Shown here: positions 48,148 to 59,127 of the stretch, in pieces
How positions within the stretch are numbered: position 1 is the stretch's first letter
Layout: each line of letters begins with the position of its first letter
Source of the DNA: Candidatus Amesbacteria bacterium
GTDB taxonomy: Bacteria; Patescibacteriota; Microgenomatia; CAZETR01; Amesbacteraceae
Assembly: GCA_963736875.1 (NCBI GenBank)
Contig: CAVTQH010000002.1
Coordinates: forward strand, 270,663 to 334,662
Length of the DNA: 64,000 nucleotides
Reading direction: 5' to 3'
Notes under the pieces: generated by a model
Database searches by the model: none
The model's input: the letters and a program-made list of their open reading frames with translations, nothing else
What the model was told of the DNA's origin: nothing
Program-made: the position numbers and the translations under genes

Positions 48148-49350
48148 ATGCCCCTAAAGGTGCTGATGTTTGGTTGGGAACTCCCACCATTCAACAGCGG
48201 AGGACTGGGCACGGCTTGTTATGGGCTGACCCAGGCTCTGTCTCAACAAAACATCGATATCACGTTCGTTTTACCGCAAAGAGTCGGCGTCAAAGCCGAT
48301 TTCATGAAACTGGTTTTCGCCGATCTGGAAGGTTTTGAATGGCCTCCGGAAATTACTCCCTATGATACTTTAAAAATGCTTCCCCCCGGGATTCCGCCGG
48401 ATATGGTCAGAGATCTGTTATCCGCGGTAAATATGTATGCACGGCGGGCGGCTGCCATTGCCAAAAAACACAAATTTGACCTGGTGCATTCTCATGACTG
48501 GCTGTGTTTCCCCGCAGGCGTCGTGGCATCACACGTTTCCCATCAGCCGCTGGTGACCCATGTCCATGCCACGGAGTTAGACAGAAGCGGCGGAAACGGG
48601 GTTAATCCCACAGTATTCGGAATAGAAAAGAACGGGATGCATCACTCCGGGGCGGTAATTGCCGTCAGCAGCTTCACCAAAAATTTGCTCAAAACTTATT
48701 ATCAGGTCAAATCGGATAAGATTGATGTGGTCCACAACGGTATTAATGCCGATGAGTTTGACATCCCCTTGGATGAGCAGAATCCTCTGGACACGTTAAA
48801 ACAGGCCGGATTTAAAATTGTGCTGTTTCTCGGCCGCCTGACTCTGCAGAAAGGACCGGACTATTTTCTCAAAGCCGCTAAAAGGACTTTGGAGTATTAT
48901 CCCAAAGCCGTTTTTCTCATAGTCGGTTCCGGCGACATGGAGGGGCAGCTGGTAAATGAGGCTGTCAATCTGGGTATTTCCGACAAAGTCCTGTTTGCCG
49001 GTTTTCTTAGGGGGAAAATGCTGACCCAGGCATTCAAAGCCGCCGATTTGTTTGTCATGCCCTCGGTTTCCGAGCCTTTCGGACTTACTGCTCTGGAATC
49101 GGTTGCCGCCGGTACACCGGCAATAATTTCCAAGCAATCGGGTGTATCGGAAACCATGTCCCATGTTCTCAAGGTCGATTTCTGGGACGTGGAGGAAATG
49201 GCAAATCAGATAATTTCGGTTCTTAATTTTTCTTCACTGCACGTTGCCCTTAAAGATAATGGTAAACATGAGGTCAAAAAGGTCTCCTGGCAGGCGGCCG
49301 CCGCCAAGACTATCGAAATCTATAAAAAAGTTCTGGCAAAAATAGGATAA
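48148..49350 (+). CDS. GT4/GT5-like glycosyltransferase, probable alpha-glucan (glycogen) synthase
   Basis: N-terminal 'PPFNSGGLGTAC', corresponding to K/NxGGL. C-terminal 'SEPFGLTALESVAAGTPAI'. Confidence 0.7.
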   Translation: MPLKVLMFGWELPPFNSGGLGTACYGLTQALSQQNIDITFVLPQRVGVKADFMKLVFADLEGFEWPPEITPYDTLKMLPPGIPPDMVRDLLSAVNMYARRAAAIAKKHKFDLVHSHDWLCFPAGVVASHVSHQPLVTHVHATELDRSGGNGVNPTVFGIEKNGMHHSGAVIAVSSFTKNLLKTYYQVKSDKIDVVHNGINADEFDIPLDEQNPLDTLKQAGFKIVLFLGRLTLQKGPDYFLKAAKRTLEYYPKAVFLIVGSGDMEGQLVNEAVNLGISDKVLFAGFLRGKMLTQAFKAADLFVMPSVSEPFGLTALESVAAGTPAIISKQSGVSETMSHVLKVDFWDVEEMANQIISVLNFSSLHVALKDNGKHEVKKVSWQAAAAKTIEIYKKVLAKIG

Positions 49351-49393
49351 AATAAGAACTGGTGCCCGGCGTTAAGCTCAGAGTACTTTCTTT

Positions 49394-50617
49394 ATGCCTG
49401 CAATCTGTTTGTATTTCCAGGTCCACCAGCCGTACCGGATAAAAAAATACCGGGTTTTTGATGTCGGTCATGACCCATGACTATTTCGAAAGCCCTCCGG
49501 GTGACCGGTTGAATAACCGGGATGTTCTGACCAAAGTTGCCCGCAAATCATACCTTCCCACCAATGCGCTGTTTCTTGGAATTATTAAATAAATATCCCC
49601 AGCTAAAAATTTCGTACTCTTTCTCCGGGGTTTTACTTGATCAATTAGCCGAGTATTCTCCTGAAGCCCTGGAAAGTTTTCAGAAATTATCGGAAACCGG
49701 CCGGGTGGAAATCTTAAGTGAAACTTATTATCACTCCCTGGCCTTTATTTTTTCCAAAGATGAATTTGACCGCCAGGTGAAACTTCATACCCAAAAAATA
49801 AAAACTCTTTTTCATCAGGTTCCCAAAGTATTTCGAAATACCGAACTGATTTACAGAAACGATCTGGCCGCGGAAATTGAAAAACTGGGTTACACCGGGA
49901 TTTTAGCCGAAGGAGCGGATCATGTTCTGGGCTGGCGCAGTCCCAACTTCCTGTATCGTCCGGTAGGCTGTCAAAAAATTAAGTTAATGCTTAAAAATTA
50001 CCGCCTTTCCGACGATATCGCTTTCCGGTTTTCCACCGTGGGATGGAGTGAATATCCTTTGACAGCGCCCAAATTTGCCCAATGGGTTTCAGCGATAAAC
50101 GGATCCGGGGATATAGTTAATTTGTTTATGGATTACGAAACCTTCGGCGAGCATCAATGGGAGGACACCGGAATTTTCAACTTTCTCCGCCATCTGCCGG
50201 GAGAACTTCTCAACCATCCCGATAATTATTTTGTTACCCCGTCACAGGCTATTAAAAATTTGCCGGCGGTAGCCGAGCTGGATTTCCCTCACTTTGTTTC
50301 CTGGGCTGATGTTGAACGGGATATTTCCGCCTGGCTGGGTAATCCCATGCAAAACGATGCTTCCGCAAAAACTGTATGAGCTGGAATCTGCCGTCCTCAA
50401 AACCCACGACGCATCACTAATTTCTGACTGGCGCCGCCTGCAAACATCGGATCATTTTTATTACATGTGTACCAAATGGTTTGCCGATGGGGATGTCCAC
50501 AAATATTTCAATCCCTACAATTCGCCTTACGAAGCCTTTATTTCTTTTATGAACGTTATTCAGGACTTAAAACTCCGTCTGGAATCGTTAACCCCGAAAT
50601 CCAAATCCAAAAAATAA
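49394..50617 (+). CDS. GH57 family alpha-glucan-active enzyme (amylase/branching/4-alpha-glucanotransferase type), three apparent frameshifts (~49460, ~49580, ~50385)
   Basis: Joined frames give 'LYFQVHQPYR...SYLPTNALFLELLNKYPQLKISYSFSGVLLDQL...FGEHQWE...WLGNPMQNDASAKLYELESAV'. The shifts at ~49580 and ~50385 sit in homopolymers. Confidence 0.55.
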
Positions 50618-50620
50618 CCT

Positions 50621-51895
50621 ATGCCTGATGCCCGGTGGTGGACCAAAGCGGTAATTTATGAATTGTATGTCGATAAATTTGCCGGAAATTTTCCGGGACT
50701 GACTGAAAAACTGGATTACTTCACGTATTTGGGAGTAAATACTTTATGGCTTCTGCCCCACTACCCTTCGCCGGGTATCGACGGCGGTTATGACATCTCC
50801 GATTACCAAAACATCAGGGGTGACCTGGGAACACTGGATGATTTTGACCGGTTTTTACAAACAGCTCACCAGCGGGGTCTGAAAGTCATCATTGATCTGG
50901 TTTTAAATCATACTTCAGATGATCACTCCTGGTTTAAAGAAGCCAGAGTCCTCAAAAGACAACCCTAAACGGGATTGGTACATGTGGAGTGACAATCAGG
51001 ATAAATTTTCTCAAGCCTTTGTACATTTTTCCGATATTAAAAACAACAGCAATTGGATTTTCAATGAATCTACCGGCGATTATTACTACGCTACATTTTA
51101 TCGGGAGCAGCCGGATTTGAATTGGGATAATCCCGAAGTGATGGCAGCGATGCTTAAGGTGATTGATTTTTGGCTGGGCAAGGGAGTGGATGGATTTCGT
51201 CTGGATGCTGTATCGCGTTTGGTCAAACGCGACGGTACCAATTGCTTTGCTCTTCCCGAAACCCACGACGTTCTCAAAAAAATCAGAGCCCACATCGATT
51301 CAAAATTTCCCGGTATTGTTTTGATTGCCGAAACCGGCGGCTGGCCGGATGAGGCCAGAACTTTTTTCGGAAGCGGTGATGAATGCCAGATGGTCATCAA
51401 TTTTCCCCTGGCGGTTAAATTATTAAGCGGTATCAAAAACCGCGATTTGGAAGGTGTGGAAAAGTTTGGCAATGGTGCGGGGATATTCCGGGTGCCTGCC
51501 GCTGGGCGGTATTTCTCACCAATCACGATTCCGTGGATGTGTTTTTTTTAGGCAGCGATGAAGAAAAACAGGAACTGGTAAAAAGAGCCGATCCGGCCGG
51601 ACATTTTACCCAACCCGGGGGTTTGAGCATCGGCGCCCGTCTGGCCGAAGTCTGTCAGGGAAATCCGGATGATATTATCTGGGCGACCCGGCAGCTTCTG
51701 TCCCAGCCGGCAGTTCCGGTAATTTATTACGGCAATGAAATCGGCATGAGAAACCAGAGTTTTCCGGAAAAACCGCCGGATACCAGAGTCTGTGTTCGCG
51801 GTCAGTTTGATTGGGCGGAAGCTGAACGTCAAAAATCCGACCCATCTTCAATTCTCAATCAAGTCCGGGAAGCTATCCGAAATCGGAAAAACTAG
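50621..51895 (+). CDS. treS: GH13 trehalose synthase/maltose alpha-D-glucosyltransferase-like (TreS), two apparent frameshifts (~50960 A-run, ~51480 G-run)
   Basis: '[31 protein letters not shown]', '[21 protein letters not shown]', 'GFRLDAV', 'IAETGG' and '[14 protein letters not shown]' run across three frames. Confidence 0.6.
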
Positions 51896-53253
51896 CTTCT
51901 GATCAGCGCCAATACTTCGTCCCTCTTTTGCTCCATTAACTCTTTGATTTTAGCTTCCAGGTTTAATCTCAAAAGGGGTTCTGTATTTGATGGTCTGACA
52001 TTAAACCACCATTCAGGATATTCCACGGAAATCCCGTCCAGGAATGACTGCTGTCCGTCACTGTATTTACTTTTTATTTCTTCAATTTTAGTATTAACGT
52101 CTTTAACTTTTGTATTAATTTCCCCCGAGTGAAAATATATCGCATAAGGTTTCCACAATTGCGACAACTTTTTCCCCGACCTGCTTATATAATCAAGCAG
52201 CAGACCTACCAGAATAGTTGGAGCTTCAAAAGTTCCGTATTCCTGTTTGAAAAAATAATGACCTGATATTTCACCGGAAAATACAATATTCTCTCTCAGC
52301 ATCTGCTCTTTTATCAGTGAATGTCCCACCCGGTTCACCACTGGGACTCCTCCGGCGGCTGTAATCAGATCCACAGTCGCTCTTCCCGGCCTGATATCGT
52401 AACCCATTTTTTCCCCCGGATATTTAGCTAACATTATTTGGGCGACTATTCCTCTTAATACATCTTGTTGCACGGTATCACCGTTTTCATCAATAAAAAA
52501 ATACCTGTCAGCGTCCCCGTCTGTGGCAATCCCCAAATCAGCATTTTGTTCCAGTACAGCCTTTTTCACCCAGGCAAGATTTTCCTCTTTCAGCGGATCT
52601 GCCTGATGAATCGGAAAAGTTCCGTCCAGTTCAAAATTCAGTTTAATAATCTTACAATTGCTTTTATTAAACATCGCTTCTGCATCCAACCCCCCCATGC
52701 CGTTAGCAGTATCAATGGCAATTTTAAATGGTTTAATATTGGACCAATCTACCCACTTTTTTTGCACATCAACCATTTCGTCCAAAACACCGGATTGGTT
52801 TCCTGTTTGACCGGGTTGCTCATCAATCCAATTATTTTCCACTACCCAATCTCTCATCTGCTTTATTCCGCTTGCCTCCGAAACAGGAATTCCCCCGGAC
52901 CTGACCATCTTAAATCCGTTATACTCCGGCGGATTATGAGATGCTGAAACCTGAATTCCGGCATCGAATCCGTAATAAGCCACTCCGAAATAAAATGTCG
53001 GAGTTGAAGCCAAACCGATATTAACTACATTCACCCCTGATTTCACCAATCCCTCAATTATCTTTTCGGACAGGTTTGGTGAAGATAATCGCATATCCCG
53101 GGCAACCGCAATTTTTATTTGTTTTCCTGCATTCTCAGACTTTATCAGCCTGGCAAAAGCTCGTCCGATTTTGTAAGCTACCTCCTCGTCAATTTGACCG
53201 GGAAATATCCCTCGGATATCGTATGCCTTAAAAATTGAGGGGTCTACCTTCAT
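51892..53253 (-). CDS. Phosphoglucomutase/phosphomannomutase
   Basis: Active-site 'VSASHNPPEYNGFK'. Mg loop 'DGDADR'. Sugar-binding 'GEISGH'. Confidence 0.85.
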   Translation of the reverse strand: MKVDPSIFKAYDIRGIFPGQIDEEVAYKIGRAFARLIKSENAGKQIKIAVARDMRLSSPNLSEKIIEGLVKSGVNVVNIGLASTPTFYFGVAYYGFDAGIQVSASHNPPEYNGFKMVRSGGIPVSEASGIKQMRDWVVENNWIDEQPGQTGNQSGVLDEMVDVQKKWVDWSNIKPFKIAIDTANGMGGLDAEAMFNKSNCKIIKLNFELDGTFPIHQADPLKEENLAWVKKAVLEQNADLGIATDGDADRYFFIDENGDTVQQDVLRGIVAQIMLAKYPGEKMGYDIRPGRATVDLITAAGGVPVVNRVGHSLIKEQMLRENIVFSGEISGHYFFKQEYGTFEAPTILVGLLLDYISRSGKKLSQLWKPYAIYFHSGEINTKVKDVNTKIEEIKSKYSDGQQSFLDGISVEYPEWWFNVRPSNTEPLLRLNLEAKIKELMEQKRDEVLALIRS

Positions 53254-53292
53254 TGATACAGATACTATACAATATACAGATAAAGCTGCCCA

Positions 53293-55003
53293 ATGACTGA
53301 AACCAAACCCCCGATCGATCTGGCTTACTTCTCCATGGAGATCATGCTGGAGTCGGATATCCCGACTTATGCCGGCGGCCTGGGTGTTTTGGCCGGAGAT
53401 CTTTTACGCTCCTGTGCTGACCAAAAAGTCCCGGCGGTGGGAATAAGCCTCGTCTACAGCGGCAAATTTATCAAGCAGATTGTTCTTCCCGACGGCCGCC
53501 AGCAGTTTGAGGAAAGGGATTGGCAGAAATCCGACCAGCTGCAGCTTCTGCCGAACGAAATCAAGATCGTCATCGACAATACCGAAATTACGGTCGGCTG
53601 CTGGCGCTATGACATTGTCGGCCTCGACGAATTTGTCGTCCCCGTATTCTTATTGGATCTGGATGTCATCGAAAATCCGCAGTGGATTCGGGAAATCGGC
53701 CAGAATCTTTATGATGTTTCCAAAAGCCACTTCCGTATTTGCCAGGAGTTGGTTTTGGGTATCGGGGGGATAAAAATGCTCAGGTCACTGGGTTACGAAA
53801 GATGTCAAAACCTATCATATCAATGAAGGTCATGGCGCGTTTGCCACTCTGGAACTTTTAGCTGAAAATAACTACAAAGACGACGAGGTCAAAAAAAAGT
53901 GTGTTTTTACCACTCACACCCCCATGCCGGAAGGTCATGATAAATTCGGCTACGATTTTGCCTATAAATATGCCGCAAAATATCTTCCCCTGCATATCAA
54001 AAAATTAGCCGGGGATGATTGCCTGAACATGACTCTTCTGGGTATGAATTTAAGCAGGGAAAGCCTGGCTGTTTCCCAAAAACACCAAAAGGTTTCCGAG
54101 CATTTATTTCCGGGTTTTAAATTCGGGTTTGTGACCAACGGGATTCATCACCGGACCTGGGTGGGTTCCTACTTCCAGGATTTATTTGAGCATTATATTC
54201 CCGGGTGGCTCGAAGATCCCTCACTTTTAAAACAGGCAGTTAATAAATTACCCGACGAGGCCCTCTGGCAGGTGCATAAGGAAAGTAAAAATGAGCTCAT
54301 CCAGTACGTTAACAAACACATGCCCAACTGTCTGCCGTACATAGGTTACGAGATGAAATCATGGGATTTCTTTGACACCCGCACTTTGACCATTTCTTTG
54401 GCCCGCCGGCCGGTAGGTTACAAACGGCCCCTTTTAATTTACAAGGATATCGAAAGGCTGGCGCGGATCGGTGCCGGTAAAATCCAGATTATCCAGTGCG
54501 GCCGCTCTCATCCCCACGATCCCATATCCCAGGACTTTATTCACCAGATTATCGAAATTTCAAACCGCTTAAAGGGAGTCATGAAAATTGCTTTCCTGGA
54601 AAATTATTCTCCCAAAATTACCCGTCAGCTGGTAGCCGGGACTGATGTCTGGTTAAACACCCCCAAAAGGCCCCTTGAGGCTTCAGGAACCAGCGGCATG
54701 AAAGCCGCCGCCAACGGTGTTCTCAATTTTTCCGTTCTCGACGGCTGGTGGATTGAAGGATTTACCCAGGATCCCCTGGCAGGCTTTGCCATCGGTGCTA
54801 ACGATGACAGTGTCGAACCCAAAAATGATGACGATGCTGACGCCATGGATTTATATAACAAATTGGAGACTGAAGTTGTACCTTTATATTATGATCACCG
54901 GCCTGAGTGGATTTTACGCATGAAACATGCCATTTCCCTGGCTGCCTACTTTAATACCCACCGCTGTCTGGATGAATATCAGTCCAAAGCCTGGAATAAA
55001 TAG
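53293..55003 (+). CDS. glgP: Alpha-glucan phosphorylase (GT35, short archaeal/bacterial type), frameshift in an A-run at ~53800
   Basis: 'YFSMEIMLESDIPTYAGGLGVLAGD' in the N-terminal frame. The second frame continues with 'YHINEGHGAF...TTHTP...SGTSGMKAAANGVLN'. PLP-Lys in 'SGMK'. Confidence 0.7.
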
Positions 55004-55095
55004 AAAAGATTACCGCCTGGAATAACTTCGTGATTAAACTATGTTTTTGTTTAAATAAGTATCTTGTAGTATAATACGGCCGATAGTAGTGAAAT

Positions 55096-55365
55096 ATGAG
55101 TACCAATTCTTTGCCGGCTGATATCCGAAAACAACTTCGCCAGGAGATTGAGCGAAAAAATCTGACGGAAATGCTTCTAACTGCGGTTGACGAGGAATAT
55201 TCCAGGTTTGATCAGAATCTTAAACTGCTCAGGATGAATGCGGCTTCTTCTGAAGATGTTCAGAAAAAAGCTCAGTCTATGCAGGATGCACACCGTTCAT
55301 ATCAAGAGTATCAGGGTCATTTAGCGGAGATTCTTAAGCAGGCAGAAACAATTAATCATGAATAA
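55096..55365 (+). CDS. Hypothetical coiled-coil protein
   Basis: 89-aa ORF. TATAAT -10 upstream at ~55066. Confidence 0.4.
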   Translation: MSTNSLPADIRKQLRQEIERKNLTEMLLTAVDEEYSRFDQNLKLLRMNAASSEDVQKKAQSMQDAHRSYQEYQGHLAEILKQAETINHE

Positions 55366-56038
55366 GGAAACTGTTAACAAATTACCTGCCTCGGATATTG
55401 TAAACAGGGTTAATAGTATTCCAGGCCTTCATTTGGAGCGCCTGTATCAGGCCCGGCCGGAATATCTGACTCAGGCAGCGTTCGTGGAAATGTTATCCCG
55501 TGATCCCGGTGTGGCGGAAAGATGGTTTGATTTTCTTGAAAATAAAGCTCAGCTTGATGCTCAAAATTCCAGGGCCGAGCTTATCAAACATGTGGCAGTT
55601 CAGGATTACAGAATCAGCAGTTTTTCCTATCACCTGACTATGGGTGAAAGGGACGAACTGGATACATTAGCCCGATCCATGAATCAAGCCCGGAAACGGT
55701 CAACAAACGGCCTTATCGGCGCCCTGATGCGCCATCATCTTATTACCCGGGACATGATCGGCAGTGATGGGAGAATAAATATTCCCGAAGACAAACGGAT
55801 CGGTTTATTAACTTACGCCCACGGATTTAAATTATCTGAAAGATCGGTTAAAAACTTTTATAAGCGGGAACCGGTACCGGATGTGGTTTCTATGCCTGAA
55901 ATTCCTGCGGTAGAAACTGCGTCTTCGGAAGCCTCCTCCCAAAATCCGAAACCACCTTGGAAATCCAAAGGCAGATTGATTTTAAGCCGTATATTTCGTT
56001 CATCCGGATTACCCTCAGAAGAAGCAGTTTACCCCTAA
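55358..56038 (+). CDS. Hypothetical protein
   Basis: 226-aa ORF overlapping the previous stop by 8 nt. Confidence 0.4.
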   Translation: MNKETVNKLPASDIVNRVNSIPGLHLERLYQARPEYLTQAAFVEMLSRDPGVAERWFDFLENKAQLDAQNSRAELIKHVAVQDYRISSFSYHLTMGERDELDTLARSMNQARKRSTNGLIGALMRHHLITRDMIGSDGRINIPEDKRIGLLTYAHGFKLSERSVKNFYKREPVPDVVSMPEIPAVETASSEASSQNPKPPWKSKGRLILSRIFRSSGLPSEEAVYP

Positions 56039-56064
56039 CCTGACAAAATTATATTTTGAATATG

Positions 56065-56138
56065 TGACCCCGGTGGGATTCGAACCCACAATTCCCAGGA
56101 TGAGAACCTGGTGTCCTGAGCCGTTAGACGACGGGGCC
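56065..56138 (-). tRNA. tRNA-Glu (anticodon CUC)
   Basis: Minus-strand 'GGCCCCGUCGUCUAACGGCUCAGGACACCAGGUUCUCAUCCUGGGAAUUGUGGGUUCGAAUCCCACCGGGGUCA'. Closely parallels E. coli tRNA-Glu architecture. G2:U71 wobble. Confidence 0.8.
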
Positions 56139-56170
56139 GGTTGAAGCAATTTTAACTTCCCCGAGGGCAA

Positions 56171-56244
56171 TTGACAAACAATTTTTCTTAAGCTAATATT
56201 CTAGAGCGCTTTCAGAACACCCCGTTAGAACGGGGCTCTTTTTT
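56171..56244 (+). promoter_or_regulatory. greA promoter (TTGACA-17-TAATAT) followed by an intrinsic terminator/attenuator in the leader; the -35 overlaps a divergent tRNA-Glu promoter
   Basis: -35 at 56171-76. -10 at 56194-99. Hairpin 'CCCCGTTagAACGGGG' at 56220-35 followed by CTCTTTTTT, 20 nt before the greA ATG. On the other strand 'TTGTCA-17-TAAAAT' faces tRNA-Glu. Confidence 0.5.
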
Positions 56245-56264
56245 AAACGGCAAACCCAAAGTTT

Positions 56265-56726
56265 ATGAATAATCACAAGATATTGGTTACCGAAGCAGGC
56301 CTGACCGAACTCAAGGCCGAGTTGGCGGATTTAAAGGATGTCAAACGTCCGGCATTGGTAGAACGACTGAGCATTGCCCGCAGTATGGGGGATTTAGCCG
56401 AAAACAGCGATTATATCAGTGCCAAGGAAGAACTTTCGTTTTTGGACAGCCGGATAGACGAGCTGGACGAACTGATGAAAAATACCAAAGTTGCCGTCCC
56501 TACCGGTAACCACCAGGTGGATTTCGGCCATACCGTCAAAGTTAAAATCAATTCCGGTGAAACTTCATTTCAGATTGTAGGTGAACCAGAAGCCGATCCG
56601 GCTAAAAGGAAAATTTCCCATTCTTCACCGTTAGGTTTAGCCTTGATGGGTAAAAAAGTCGGCGACCGGGTGGAAGTTGAAGCCCCGGTAGGCAAGATAC
56701 TTTATACCATTCTTTCTATAGAGTAA
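56265..56726 (+). CDS. greA: Transcription elongation factor GreA
   Basis: N-terminal coiled coil with acidic tip 'LAENSDY'. C-terminal FKBP-like domain. Confidence 0.9.
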   Translation: MNNHKILVTEAGLTELKAELADLKDVKRPALVERLSIARSMGDLAENSDYISAKEELSFLDSRIDELDELMKNTKVAVPTGNHQVDFGHTVKVKINSGETSFQIVGEPEADPAKRKISHSSPLGLALMGKKVGDRVEVEAPVGKILYTILSIE

Positions 56727-56735
56727 GATTGTTTC

Positions 56736-58118
56736 ATGAGTAATTCCCGATTGGAGGAGATTCGGCAAGCCCGCCTTGCCAAGCTGCAGAAATTTATCAG
56801 TCTGGGTATAAACCCCTATCCGGCAAAATTCTCCCGCCCTCATATTCCGATTTCACAAGCCCGGGATAAAAAAAATGAAGTGTCCGTAGCCGGCCGGCTG
56901 TGGCGTCTGCGGGAGCACGGAAATGTGATTTTTGCAGACCTCAAAGACGCCTCCGGTCAGATTCAGCTCCTTTTCCAAAAAAAGAATTTGCAGGATAGAT
57001 TCAGTCTGCTGAAACTTCTTGATGTCGGTGACTTTTTAGGAGTGACCGGTAATGTAATTTCCACCCAGGCCGGTGAAATTACCGTCGACGTTTCGTATTT
57101 TGAAATACTGTCCAAGTCCCTAAGACCGATTCCCGATGATTGGTATGGATTAAAAGATGAAGAGGAGCGTTACCGTCACCGCTATGTAGATCTGATGTTG
57201 GACGGCAAATTGCAGGATTTGTTTGCGAAAAAGTCTGTTTTCTGGGACAGTATGCGTCGTTTCTTACAGAAAAAAGGTTTCATGGAAGTAGAAACTCCGG
57301 TACTTGAAAATGTTTTCGGCGGGGCGGATGCAAATCCTTTTGTTACCCATCACAACGCCTTGGATCTGGACCTGTATTTGCGCATCTCCATGGGAGAACT
57401 GTGGCAGAAAAGGCTGATGGTGGCAGGTTTTGAAAAAACTTTTGAAATCGGCCGTCAGTTTCGCAACGAAGGCATAAGCAGGGAGCATTTACAGGATTAC
57501 ACCCAGATGGAATTTTACTGGGCATATGCCAATTTTGAGGATTCAATGAATTTGGTAGAGGAAATGTACCGGTATGTGGCCAAAGAGACGTTTGGCAGAC
57601 TGGATTTTGACATCTATGGCCACCATGTGGATTTATCCAAACCCTGGGCCAGAATTGACTATACCAAAACCATTTTAGATAAAACCGGAAAAGATATTAC
57701 CAAGTTGAAAAACGGCCGGGAAATGGATGAACTGTGGAAACAAGCCAGAAAAACCATTACCGGACCGGCATTCTTAACAGGCCATCCGGTTGAGGTTTCA
57801 CCTTTGGCTAAAAGGCAGGCGGAAAAACCCGATTTTGTTGAAAGATACCAGGTAATAATTGCCGGGAGTGAATTGGGTAACGGATATTCTGAATTAAACG
57901 ATCCGGTTGATCAGGCCCAGAGATTCCAGAAACAGCAGGATTTAAGAGATCAGGGTGACCAGGAAGCACAGATGTATGATCGGGATTTTGTGGAAGCTCT
58001 GGAATACGGCATGCCCCCGGTTACCGGTTTCGGAGTCTCCGAACGCCTGTTTTCCTTTTTAGCGGATAAAACCAGCCGGGAATGCGTTTTATTCCCCCTT
58101 CTCCGCCCTGAAAAGTGA
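56736..58118 (+). CDS. lysS: Lysyl-tRNA synthetase, class II
   Basis: OB-fold anticodon-binding N-terminus. Motif 2 'FRNEG'. Motif 3 'GSELGNGYSELNDP'. Confidence 0.9.
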   Translation: MSNSRLEEIRQARLAKLQKFISLGINPYPAKFSRPHIPISQARDKKNEVSVAGRLWRLREHGNVIFADLKDASGQIQLLFQKKNLQDRFSLLKLLDVGDFLGVTGNVISTQAGEITVDVSYFEILSKSLRPIPDDWYGLKDEEERYRHRYVDLMLDGKLQDLFAKKSVFWDSMRRFLQKKGFMEVETPVLENVFGGADANPFVTHHNALDLDLYLRISMGELWQKRLMVAGFEKTFEIGRQFRNEGISREHLQDYTQMEFYWAYANFEDSMNLVEEMYRYVAKETFGRLDFDIYGHHVDLSKPWARIDYTKTILDKTGKDITKLKNGREMDELWKQARKTITGPAFLTGHPVEVSPLAKRQAEKPDFVERYQVIIAGSELGNGYSELNDPVDQAQRFQKQQDLRDQGDQEAQMYDRDFVEALEYGMPPVTGFGVSERLFSFLADKTSRECVLFPLLRPEK

Positions 58119-58160
58119 TATCTTCCAATATCTTCTAATATATACTAATATTATCCAATT

Positions 58161-59114
58161 ATGGATATTAATCAGTATAAGTGGAATGAGACACCCCGAA
58201 TCCGGCAGTTACAGATTGAATTGGAGGCGGTCAAGTTGGTTTTGGAAACCACCCGGATATTCCCTCAATTGGAAGTCAACCTTCGTCAAAATGCATTATT
58301 AAAAAGTGCTGTTTATTCCGCCCGGATCGAGGGATTTCCCGATACCGAGCAGATTCCCCGTAAAGAAAGCCAAAACCTGATTTCCGCTTACAGATACATT
58401 TCTTCTCCCCAAGTTCCGTCCAAACTGACAATCCCCTTAATCAAAAAATTTCATTATTTAAGCTTAAGAAATCTTTCAACCGGGGCCGGAAAATTCCGTC
58501 AGGAAGCCTGGGCGGTATATGCTCCCGACGGCTCCGTTATTCATCTGGCTCCGCCATTTTACAAATTACCGGAACTTATGTCCCGGTATGTCGATTATAT
58601 TAATCACAGTACCGCTCCGGCAGGTATCAAAGCTGCTTCAGCCCAATTTATCTTTGAAAAAATCCACCCCTTTGCTGACGGCAATGGCCGTGCGGGCCGG
58701 CTCATTTCCTCATTCATTCTGGCTTCTTCCGGATACAGCTTCAAAGGGCTGGTCCCGCTGGAGGAATATGTGGATTTGCACCGGGATGAATACCACGCCG
58801 CCCTGGAGCCCAGTCATAATATGACTGATTTTATCGTGTTTTTTCTGACTGCCGTCACCGGTCAGGTCAGAAAGTTTCTGACAGACTCTGATTTATCGGC
58901 ACCATTCAGGCCGGAAACAGGATTACCTCTTCGCCGTCAGGAAATTATCTCGATAGTCAGGGAACATCCGTACAGTTCTTTTGATTTTATCTGCCGCAGG
59001 TTCGCTGCAGTCAATCCCAAAACTCTGCATTACGATATCCAAAAACTTATTATCGGAGGGTTTATTAAAAAAATCGGTACCACCAGGGGAGTGGTGTATA
59101 TCATCAATTCATAA
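58161..59114 (+). CDS. Fic family protein (AMPylase/phosphocholine transferase fold) with C-terminal winged helix
   Basis: Fic motif 'HPFADGNGRAGR'. Confidence 0.8.
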   Translation: MDINQYKWNETPRIRQLQIELEAVKLVLETTRIFPQLEVNLRQNALLKSAVYSARIEGFPDTEQIPRKESQNLISAYRYISSPQVPSKLTIPLIKKFHYLSLRNLSTGAGKFRQEAWAVYAPDGSVIHLAPPFYKLPELMSRYVDYINHSTAPAGIKAASAQFIFEKIHPFADGNGRAGRLISSFILASSGYSFKGLVPLEEYVDLHRDEYHAALEPSHNMTDFIVFFLTAVTGQVRKFLTDSDLSAPFRPETGLPLRRQEIISIVREHPYSSFDFICRRFAAVNPKTLHYDIQKLIIGGFIKKIGTTRGVVYIINS

Positions 59115-59127
59115 TAAAATCAGTCCC

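Noticed and set aside
58981-59127. N-terminal extension of the HD-domain ORF overlapping the Fic gene by ~130 nt
   Set aside because: Out-of-frame overlap with a strongly supported gene. The internal ATG at 59128 gives a normal HD protein just after the Fic stop.
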